Source: Octopus sinensis (Eukaryota). From it: 43,763 bases of DNA. Positions 12,346 through 23,205 of this stretch are shown piece by piece. The stretch is taken from assembly GCF_006345805.1 (NCBI RefSeq), contig NW_021834957.1:1-43763 (forward strand), in the 5' to 3' direction. The position numbers were made by a program, and so were the translations under genes. Numbering within the stretch: position 1 is the first letter of the stretch; every line of letters starts with the position of its first letter. The notes beneath the pieces are model-generated. The model searched no databases. It was given only the letters and a program-made list of their open reading frames with translations, and was not told where the DNA came from.

Positions 12346-13953
12346 AACTAGGCAGGAATATTCATAGGATAGTATACTAACTCCATGTAGCAAACTAACT
12401 TACTATACTATATAACTTATATTATACGCAATGTAATTTAATTCTTCACATGTAACTGAATATCACCTGATTTATATATATATATATATATAATACCAGA
12501 GGGTAAGTATAATTAGATTCAACACTAGCATTTAAAAAATTATTTTCAGTCAATCCAGTTTAAGCACAACACCTATAAAAGGCTTATTTCGAAAATATCT
12601 AAAAGCTTTATTCACCTTATTTTGAAGTTGTACGGATACTACCGCACTAATTTTGGTGCTTCAACTTAAGTACCTAATACATCTGAATCACAATTAGATA
12701 GATAGATAGATTGATAGATAAATTTCCTTATTGGCCACGCAGGGCTAAATACAGGGGCAAAATACAAATTAGAACTTTACTTTTTGGAAAGAAGAGAAGG
12801 GGAAGGGGGGAGCAAATTCCTTTCAAAAGGGAGCGTGAGAAAAACAAAGGAGGGAATTCCGATCAAAAGGGATCGTGAAAGGAAAAAAAAAAACGGAGTG
12901 ACCGAGTGGTATCTCTATGAACAACAGAGGCACGTACGAGAATATCAGATACCATACAGAATGAATTCTTGAAATTAGCTCTGTCTCCAGAGGATATGTC
13001 ACAACTGCTAAATGGCAACTGGTACCTCAACATTTGTATACTGATCTCGCTCAGTACATCTTTGCCTTTCGTTTATCCAAGCACATGTGAAACGTTTCAG
13101 TGTTTGCTCGAGCAATTTAACGCCCCTCCAACAATGTTTGCGATGCCACTGTCGCCAGACCAAATCTGTCCTAAAGCAGCGGCTTTTTTCTTGGACATTA
13201 TTAATGCGTTGCACTGAAGAGACTTATGAACATGGATAAATGAATTATTTTCTAAAGATAAAAAATAATTCATGCCCAGGACTCATTAATGTAGTGACAG
13301 TGTGCCCGCCCAGGCAAGCCTTTGAGTAAACCGACCTTCCTTAACCACAACCACCACCACTTGCCCCCACCCTACCCAGCCTATACAGTAGTACCAAATG
13401 TACTTCTTCCATGAACCATCTCCATCGGTAATTACTCTACTATTATATCGATGCCTACCCATCGTAGACATCCCATCACATGACCCGGTCTACATGTGGT
13501 TTTGCATGATCAGATGTGATTCGAAGTACACAGTAAATACATTCACTGGTTCCTATCAGCCGTTCGTTGCTACAATTAAGTTTGGCTACCAATGAAGGGC
13601 AAGGAAGTTTGCATTGATAAATGTCTATAACGTATTTAGAAGACTACGAACATGCAGAAAATAAAAGCGCGCTCACGCGCACACACATACGCACATACAC
13701 ACACATATGCATATATATATATATGTGTTTATATACACCCAAACACACATTCCCTCACACACACATATACACACACCCTCACATACACACGGGGATATAT
13801 ATATATATATATATTAATAATAGAAGGGTTAAATTTATTAATTAAATTAATTCATTCATTCTTATAGTAGCAGGAGGAAAGGAATTTTTAACTCCTATTT
13901 CTAATTTCGGTATGTGGTTGAAGCAGTTATCTGAAACCTAATTATAATTATAT

Positions 13954-14013
<60 letters not shown>

Positions 14014-14312
14014 ATATATGCATATTTGAATATGCATATGTATATCTAAGTATCTATCTATTTACCTATCATTAATCTACGTATACATGTATAGAGTGAG
14101 AGATTAAGAAAGGTACATAGATGGATATATATATTATATATATATATATATATAATAATGTGAAATAGAAAGATGAATAATCTTGTAGTAGATTAATCAA
14201 AAGTTTAACCGATACCTTAGTAGCAAAAATCACAGCAGTACAGACACGGCACGGTTGGAGGTACAACCATATGGTGTTGCAACCGTGAGTTGGTGCGGAT
14301 AATTGAAATTAA

Positions 14313-14592
14313 AACATTATTGGTGAGTTGAAGAAATGGAGCTGAACGCAGATTGAACAGAAATCGTTTTATTTCATTCTACATGTGTTTCGAAAGGCAC
14401 AAATTACCAAAATCCGATTGAATAATGGGACCATATTGTGTCTTTCTCTTCAGGAAGAAAATAGGAAATCCGTTGGAAAAACAAAACAGAACAGAGGCGG
14501 AGCAAAAACAAATCGAACTATGCTTCTAAGAGCCCATGGCGAAACTGTTTATCAGTGTATGTTGAGAACGGTGGCTGAAGATTGAATAACGG
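14313..14592 (+). repeat. Inverted copy of the PLE 5' end (partner 17383-17659)
   Basis: aacattattggtgagttgaagaaatgg...gtggctgaaga at 14313 is the reverse complement of 17383-17659, with only a handful of differences by eye. The ORF track shows the same MFRKAQITKIRLNNG peptide on both strands. Confidence 0.95.
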
Positions 14593-15049
14593 GTCAGGCA
14601 TCGGTCAATCATGTGGGTGAGGGTGTGTAGGTGTTCTTTATGACCGAGAATAAAGTTCTGACTATTTAAGGAATATTGGATGTTTTATAAGGGGCGAGAA
14701 AAAATCTACTTAGAGACGTGTGTTGTGTGATACTGTTCTATATATGTGTGTTGGCGTAGGGGTAGAAAACATTTTTTGTGTACGTGTGTGCGTTGATCGT
14801 TCGGATGTCAGTGGCTACTGCCGTCAGAACCGTTGGGTGGCAGAAAAAAAATATATATATATTATGTTTTATGTGTGTGTGTTCATCTAAGCCTGCCTTG
14901 TCAAGGAAACCCCCCGCTGTGAAAAAACCAAGCCCCGTTTGTCTTACAGGAGTAATTCCCCTTGCAGTGGCTAATCGTAGATATCTTAAAGGCTATTTCA
15001 GAATTTGTTACCAAGGGCTATGGGTGCCGGTATTATTTATAAACGCTAT

Positions 15050-17657
15050 TTAAAAGCCAGATAAGTGTAGCGCCGCCAATGGGGGCATCGAAAACCGACT
15101 GTAAAAGCCCGTTTACCATCCGGCCTCTGGCAAACAAAATATGGAAGAGTTCGGAGACACAAAGGTTGCACTGCCTTCTGCCCCTATCAAATGGGAGGGC
15201 CACCGACAAAATTGACCATTCCAGCCTGTAGCTTAAGTTAGTATCCTTCAGTCACCATATTAGCTTACTGAGTCCCGTGGTCTGGGCTTGTTCATGTCCC
15301 GAAAAGTTGCGTAATGGTTGGAGACACGCAAAGACAATCTTGAGGATGAGGCCCCTACATAAGTGAAGACATCTGAGTCCGTGTAAACTTTGCATTGGTA
15401 GACGGCGTTTTTGATCTTGGAGTTCGCCGACGTGAATCTTATTCTGCTAGGATTAGTTTCTGAAATTAGAACTGCGTTCCGTCACTATATTCGTTCCGAG
15501 ACCTGCAGCCGCTTACTACTCTATTTTCCACTACGTCACTATTAACTATAGGAATAACCCCTGATTCTCCACTATCTATCAGAGTGCTGTCATTGCTACT
15601 GCCCGTGGTGCTGCTATTGCGGAAAATGATGCTGGGGATGCTATTGGAGCTCTCTACCCTACTCCCATTTTTACCGTCAACCACAACACCCCTATTTATA
15701 ACTATACCCCTAGTGGGTACTCCCTGGCTGGAGCTGAGATTATGTGTCACTGTACTGGCTCTCATATCGTTATTACTACTATAAACATTCCTACTGAGCA
15801 TTAAACCGGGAGCGGAAGAGGCTGTGCCTCCGGAAAAAGGTGATAGGGTCTTAGTAAGTAGCCTATTATTATGGGAGGCGATTATCTGGGCGAGGTTTTT
15901 AGTGTTGGAGAAAGCTATCCTAACTTTATGCGAGTTAACCGTGGAGTAATATTTGGAATTTCTGGGGAAGTTATTGGCGATGGCTTGTCTAAACATGAGG
16001 GGGAGGTTAGTTCTAATCTGCTTACCAAAGGGGATTACAAACCATATATGCTTATTCCTATCAGTGTGATGGGTCGGGACGCCAGCTCTCGCGTTCGGGT
16101 GGGTGATTCTCGGATGAACAACGGGTCTTGGGTTAGTGTAAGACCTCCCGGACCGATAATTATCCTTGTTCGATAAATTAAATGCGGGAGCGACTACCCC
16201 GGCATCCGCCGCGCTCCCGTCCTTACTTAAAATGTTATGTTATTATATACGGCCCTATCCTGATGACCGAATGATGGCATCGGAAGGGCCGGATCAATAT
16301 AAATTACCTTCTGCCTATAACCGGCCTTGGATAGTGCGGCGTTATAAAATTCCGCTTTCTGCTTAAAAATATCGGCACTGGGCGACAAGCCAGACAATCT
16401 TAGAGAGATGTTTTTAACCAAATTGTCTGTTACGGTTTTGGCATGATTTGAGAAGACACTGACATACTTCAAATTAGTGGAAGGCTTATGGTAAGGGCAG
16501 TACGAGTCGCTATTAAGGTTAAGTGTAACGTCTAGGAAATTAGCCTTGGTGAGTTCATTATCAAAAACTATACTCATGCCCATTCTATTAAAAAACGTAG
16601 CTAACCTGCTCTTAGTTTTCTGCACTATTCTGTTCGTGGTGTTTGCAGGTAAAACAGACAATCGTCACGATACAGGCCGCCCGCGATCTCCGGGAATTGG
16701 TCGGACAATTCGTAGAGAATATATATTCGACCAAATCGGCTATCTGCGCACTATCCGAACTACCATAGGCACATCAAATTCATTGGGAGTATCTTTACGG
16801 ATCCACAACTTATTATCAAACTTAATAAACGATTTCCTGGCAACAAAATGATATCTATCTCTTCTCTGGTGAGGCCAGCCTTGTTGTGAGCATGCCAGAG
16901 GGCCTTATTTAGCACACTAGGGTTAATCGAGGGGTAGAAGCTGGGCGATATCAAACTGAATGAACCTAGTACGGTTCTTATTGGGGATGGAAGAGAACCA
17001 CTTCACTACCTGCGAGGAGTTGGCCCAGAGGCTGAGCTTCAGCTGTTTACTAAACTAGGGATATATTTATCTAAAATGTACTTACTGATTATCCCGATAT
17101 CAGATCTAGCAGGGCATATGAGTCTTAGCGCTGGGTTGGTGTGGAAGTTCGGTTTATGGTCCTTCACTATAAATCTGGGTTGCTTAGGGCTAAGCGGCTG
17201 AGTTCTCATTTGAATTCGGTGTTTATTGTTTAAATATTATTTCCTTAATTCCAAGTTACCTTCCTCAGGGTACTCCAATTGGTTTTTCTATAATTTTTCT
17301 TGATCTCTTACCGAGTAAATCTAGGTACTGCTTAATGGGCATCTTGTATGTGTTCCTGGTCTTGTCGGACTGGACCAGGACTCCGTTAAATTCTTCAGCC
17401 ACCGGTTCTCAACATACACTGATAAACAGTTTCGCCATGGGCTCTTAGGAGCATAGTTCGATTTGTTTTTGCTCCGCCTCTGTTCGTTTGTTTTTCCAAC
17501 GGATTTCCTATTTTCTTCCTGAAGAGAAAGACACAATATGGTCCCATTATTCAATCGGATTTTGGTAATTTGTGCCTTTCGAAACACGTGTAGAATGAAA
17601 TAAAACGATTTCTGTTCAATCTGCGTTCAGCTCCATTTCTTCAACTCACCAATAATG

Positions 17658-17659
<2 letters not shown>
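15050..17659 (-). mobile_element. Penelope-like retroelement (PLE): reverse transcriptase + C-terminal GIY-YIG endonuclease, frameshifted as assembled; 3' UTR continues to ~14593
   Basis: Manual minus-strand translation across frames gives, in order: QSDKTRNTYKM; VKDHKPNFHTNPALRLICPARS; RFIQFDIA/SFYPSI (~16960-16920); FDVPM(G)SSDSAQIADLV(G)IYIL (~16780-16720); GLYRDDCL (~16675-16650); NFLDVTLNL..YCPYHKP..SNH; HIWFVIPF..TNLP; NAVYQCKV..YVGASSSRLSLRVSNH; CNLCVSE; CPH. This is the motif order of EN+ PLEs. Confidence 0.92.
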
Positions 17660-17703
<44 letters not shown>

Positions 17704-17731
17704 TATAATATATATATATATATTAATAGAT

Positions 17732-17762
<31 letters not shown>

Positions 17763-18098
17763 CAGAGAGCGAGAGACAGAGTTTGCATTGATAAAGGTGG
17801 TACCTAGTTAAAGGAGACAAGGAGGCTACGCAGCAATAAATTGAAAGAGTGTTTCGTGGTTTCAATCCATGGTGGGAGCGTTTTTCTCTTTTTTCCATTT
17901 TATACTCTATTTGCGACATTAAATGTCTATAAGATGTATTTAAATGTCAGATTGTAAGCGATAGCATATATACATACAGATACGCTCACGAATATGCTTA
18001 ATATAACATAGACGTATACACAAAAGAGAAAACGTAGATATATGTATGTCAGTGGTTGTGTGTGTGTGTGCATGTGTGTGTGTATGTGTGTGTGTGTG

Positions 18099-18140
<42 letters not shown>

Positions 18141-18364
18141 TGTTTGTCTTTCGGAGAGTAATGATGGACATGATTAGTATTCCTGCGTCAAGTAAATGAT
18201 TTGGGTAATAAAAATATTTTTCCGCATATATGTTTACACATATATATATATATCTACACACAGAAACACACATACATACATACACACACACAATAAATAT
18301 ATATACACCGGAAAACACATGCACGTACACACACATATACACACACACTCACATACGCACAGGG

Positions 18365-18411
<47 letters not shown>

Positions 18412-18423
18412 TACACACACACA

Positions 18424-18472
<49 letters not shown>

Positions 18473-18661
18473 ATATACATAGATATACATATATGATTCA
18501 TAGATATACGTCTCTATGTATATCTATGTATCTATCTATTTACATATCTATCAGTTTACGTATATATAAATAGAGCGAGAGAGTGAGACACTGAGATATA
18601 TAGATAGATAGAGAGAGAGAGAGAGACATATATTAATGCATACATATGAATATATATATAT

Positions 18662-18693
<32 letters not shown>

Positions 18694-18696
18694 GAT

Positions 18697-18729
<33 letters not shown>

Positions 18730-19175
18730 GCAAATAAAGAAGATACAAGCCCAAACACTCACAAAATCGCATATATATATATATATATACACTTATATAT
18801 GTATATATGTATGTATGTATGAATGCATATGCCGGACCATGTGTGTGTGTGTGTGTGTGCGTGTCTGTATTTTTGTGTGTGTATGCGTGCCTGTCTGTGT
18901 GTAAGAATGTATTCATAAACGGAATGTATAACAACTCATGAATTATCCCTCACGCATTACACGACTCAGTATTCGTCTTTCTTTTGCTTCAAGTCTTTCA
19001 TATGCTTATGTATTTATGTATGTTTTTTGTTAGACAAGAACGAGTGTATAGATTATTATATTATTTCGCCTACTTACACATTTCTTTTTCATTAATGGCT
19101 TCTGTAACAGACTTTTTATATAGTGCACGTCTTCGGCCGCATATATATATATATATACATATGTATATATATATG

Positions 19176-19246
<71 letters not shown>

Positions 19247-19346
19247 GTGTGTATATATATATATACATATGTATATATATATATGTGTGTGTGTGGTGTG
19301 TGTCTATATATATATATATCTATATATATATATATATAATGTATAT

Positions 19347-19389
<43 letters not shown>

Positions 19390-19390
19390 C
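17660..19390. repeat. Microsatellite mosaic: (TA)n, (GATA)n, (TG)n, (CA)n
   Basis: Direct reading. Confidence 0.95.
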
Positions 19391-19785
19391 ACCTTTAAAC
19401 TATTTTGCATTTCAATTAATATTTTTCATATATATGCATGTACATATAGAAATGTATATGTAATTTATGTATATGTTTGTTTATTTGTTTGTGTGGTGTG
19501 TGCGTGTGTGTGTGTTTCTCTGTGAGTGTTTACTGCTGATTTTAGGATTGCAATGCAAATATCGAAATCTCACTGGGAAATCATGTTCGAAGAGAGCCAT
19601 TTCGTTAAGGAAACAAGGAATTCTTCTGGGAACGAACAAAGATAGTCTCCATGTTATACCACTATCGGCAATAAAAATATTTGGTAACGCAGAAGCCGAA
19701 AAGCCGAAAACATAGAAATGTGTATATACACGCATTACAAAGATACGTAAACATGTTTGTGGCTGTGTGTGTTTCTATGTGTGCA

Positions 19786-19834
<49 letters not shown>

Positions 19835-20652
19835 TGTCATTTTCCTCTTTTATATTTCATGTTTTCCAATGCTTATAAATGCTTATAACAAGTTTGCGTT
19901 TCAACATTCCATTAAAATTGTTTATAGACACATTACCTTTGTAGTATTTCTTTAATACATTTTTTTTTGTTTCTGTTATCGTTTCTTTTTCTTTTTTTCT
20001 TTTTGTATTTCCTAGTTTGAAAAACGATTGTCTGCTTTTCTTCTCTTTATTTTCACTTTTTTTCCTATATACTTCGTAGTCTGATGTGAATATCTATTCT
20101 CTTAGTTTCCCTTTTCGTTGTTTTCTCTTCGTAACAAAGAAAACAAAACCGAAACTCTATAAATTTTATTAAGTATTTGATATAACTCCAGTTTTTACTT
20201 ATCATAAGTGGAGTCAGAATCATCGAGATACAAAGCATTACAAGCAAACAATGATGATATATTTAGAAGTTATACGACACAGTGATTTGTTTTTATATGT
20301 TTGATTTCTATAAATGTATACATAACCACTTACACACACACACACACGCAAACACACACACATTCATTCACACATATACATATATACCACGTGATTTTAT
20401 TCTGGGTCTCTTCGTTGTTATGTCCTTCTCTTTCTACTCTTACCAAAGGCTCCTGGAATTTTCTCTCTCTGAAGAAGGATTATCTCCGAAACGTTTTAAC
20501 TCTAACACTTTCCATTCTCCCTTCAACCTCAAGTTAGTCATATTGACTATAAACTTCACTTCTACTTTTGTTGTTTGTTGCATTGCCTTTTGTTCTATTT
20601 GCTTTATATTTATTATTTATATATATATATACATATAGATAAACAGACAAAG

Positions 20653-20701
<49 letters not shown>

Positions 20702-20759
20702 TCCCATGTCTGTGACGAAGTTGTAGGGGAAATTCTAGGAGTTTATGTAAATCAACTGA

Positions 20760-21150
20760 CAAATGTTTTCCAGTAGGTTTCGGTTCCAGTCCTTTGAGTA
20801 ACTTGCAGAATTTCTTGGCCTAATAGTGCTACGGAACGCTTTGCTGGGAAACTCTACAGGTGTGGAGATTTCGTAAACCCCGCTGTACTGTGCTGTACAG
20901 AGAACAATGAAACCATATTGATACATTTGTTCAGAGTTCAACCACTGCTAACTTGTAGATATTTATGGACGGCTATTTTTCCATGCAGAAAACTGGTCAA
21001 TGCCAACATGAAAGTCACCCCAAGAGCAGGTTTTCCTTTTGTTCCACTGAAAGAGCCTATTATATAGTGAACGATCCTAAAATTAATCAAGACGATCATT
21101 TTCCAAACCTTCATCAGATGTTTCAAGTTCAACTTGGAAGAGACGAGGAA
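20760..21150 (-). pseudogene. Possible piggyBac-type transposase relic
   Basis: Stop-ridden frame ENDRLD*F*DRSLYNRLFQ..FHVGIDQ..QYGFIVLCTAQYSG resembles the piggyBac DRL.K.RPL..L..IDE..G.K.W.LC motif order (by eye only). Confidence 0.35.
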
Positions 21151-21434
21151 GAGAAAGAGGTGGGGTTACTTTTCATCAAAATTTATCAAATGTGACTGCT
21201 AGTGATTAGACGAAAAATATACAAAAATAGAGACAGATGAAAGAACTACAAGCAAGGTGCATGTGTTTGACGCACGTGGAAAATGGAAGATGGGTTTTGA
21301 AGTTTTGAGTTTATGCTCTTCAATAGAAAGGAATGAGGATAGAAAACAGACGGAGAGAGGAAAAATAGAAAGAAAAATGTATGTGTAGCAGTTAATTCAG
21401 AAAAGGTTTTTCTTTCCATATTTTCTCTTTCAAA

Positions 21435-21644
21435 GGCGGTGAGCTGGAATAATCGTTCGTGCCCCGGACAAAGTGTTTATTGGCATTTTGTGTTTACGTT
21501 CTGAGATCAAATTCCACTGAGGTTGACATTGCTTCTCATCGTTTTAGTGTCGATAAAATAAGTACCAGTTGAGCACTGGAGTTGATGTGATCGATTTACA
21601 CCTCTCTTGAAACTGCTGGCCTTGTGCCAAAATTTGAAGCCAGT
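21435..21644 (+). mobile_element. SINE family B
   Basis: ggcggtgagctgg..ctgagatcaaattcc..ggccttgtgccaaaatttgaa. Confidence 0.85.
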
Positions 21645-21854
21645 ATTTGAGAGGTATCGAAATGTTATTGCAACGTTAGTTTTATTAGATGCTTTTTGAT
21701 ACTTTAGTAAACCCAAGAGAGAGCGGTTGCTGCTACTATTAATGTATCACCATACCTCTATGTTATTGTAACACTGACTACTTTATTTCATAAAATTTGC
21801 CATGACGGCATTACCAAGAGTAGCTTGCGGGCTGGACAAAAACAATAATGAGAT

Positions 21855-22022
21855 GTAGGAGTGGTTGTGTGGTAAGTAGCTTGCTTACGAAACACATGGT
21901 TCCGGGTTCAGTCCCACTGCGTGGCACCTTGGGCAAGTGTCTAGTGCTATAGCCTCGGGCCGACCAAAGTCTTGTGAGTGGATTTGGTAGACGGAAACTG
22001 AAAGAAGCCCGTCGTATATATG

Positions 22023-22064
<42 letters not shown>

Positions 22065-22285
22065 TGTGTGTGTGTGTGTTTGTGTGTCTGTGTTTGTTCC
22101 CCTAACATCGCTTGACAACTGATGCTGGTGTTTACGTCCCCGTAACTTAGCGGTTCGGCAAAAGAACCGATAGAATAAGTACTAGGCTTACAAAGAATAA
22201 GTCCTGAGGTCGATTTGGTCGACTAAAGGTGGTGCTCCAGCTTGACCACAGTCAAATGACTGAAACAAGTAAAAGAGTAAAAGAG
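21855..22285 (+). mobile_element. SINE family A, full length
   Basis: gtaggagtggttgtgtggtaag...gactgaaacaagtaaaagagtaaaagag. Confidence 0.92.
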
Positions 22286-22589
22286 TGAATGATGAAAAAA
22301 AGATGACAGTGATGGGAGAAGACAAAAACCGCCCGCCGATATTTTTGCTTCTCTAATACATTATTGTTTATTTTTTAAAAAATAACAAAATGAGGCATTT
22401 AAATCTCTTACTTTAGTTTATTACAAATTTTCTTTTGTCTTTCTACAAGAAAGAACACACAAAATGAGGCAATAAACCTCTTACACAGACTGAACACCAA
22501 GTCTCTTCAACCATCCCCTGTCAATTCTCTTGCCGCCTGCAGGGTAACACTGACTACTTGACATATCATAGTACAACTGGATTTCATAG

Positions 22590-22955
22590 AGGCTCTATTG
22601 TACTCTCGATTCGAATGTATTCCTTAATTTGTTGGATATATTGTAGTATATTGTATTATTGATGATAGTGTTCCTAGGTCTGATTTTTTAAAAATCATAT
22701 GTATGTAGATTGTGCTCAAAGGGTGAGGGACATTTTTGAGGTCCATCTCGGTCAAATTGTTGGTTGCCTGCATGCCCATCACTGAGCACTCGGGGAGGAA
22801 TTTTGCTCATGTTCAGATCTTCATGAATAATTCTATGTAATGTTGCCACACCAGATCCGAAGTGTATTCCTGTTGTTTTTAGAGAAATAACGATTTTTAT
22901 CGGGAAAATTTCGAATTTTCTCAGTCAGCTCTGATGTTCTGACACCCCCTCTCCC

Positions 22956-23007
<52 letters not shown>

Positions 23008-23205
23008 CGATTCTTTCCATCGTCTCTCACATCCTTTCTACCGTTCTTCAATGTCTTCTGTCAGCGAAATATTTAATCGACAAGTAAGGTGGAGCATTTC
23101 ATTTTCATTCTCACCTACAACCACTGTACCTCATACTGATCCCACAGTTTTGCAACATTTTCCCCAATTCCACACAAACCTTTATAGCATAACGATCTTC
23201 CAAAC
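22590..23205 (-). pseudogene. Tc1/mariner (mariner-type) transposase relic
   Basis: LEDRYAIKVCVELGK; KNGRKDVRDDGK..GVRTSELTEKIRNFPDKNR; GVATLHRIIHEDLNMSK; then IYIH..NTIINNTIYYNISNKLR after a deletion. Resembles the mariner HTH region and the start of the DDD domain. Many stops and frameshifts. Confidence 0.75.

Noticed and set aside
15250-15262. In-frame TGA in the PLE endonuclease as selenocysteine
   Set aside because: It is a single TGA at a non-Cys position (W-x-L-K), and I found no SECIS. Sec-encoding PLEs are described for the N-terminal-EN clade, whereas this element has a C-terminal EN. CpG decay of CGA is simpler.
15584-16851. Plus-strand ORFs over the PLE (15584, 15871, 16546)
   Set aside because: Antisense shadows of the PLE ORF.
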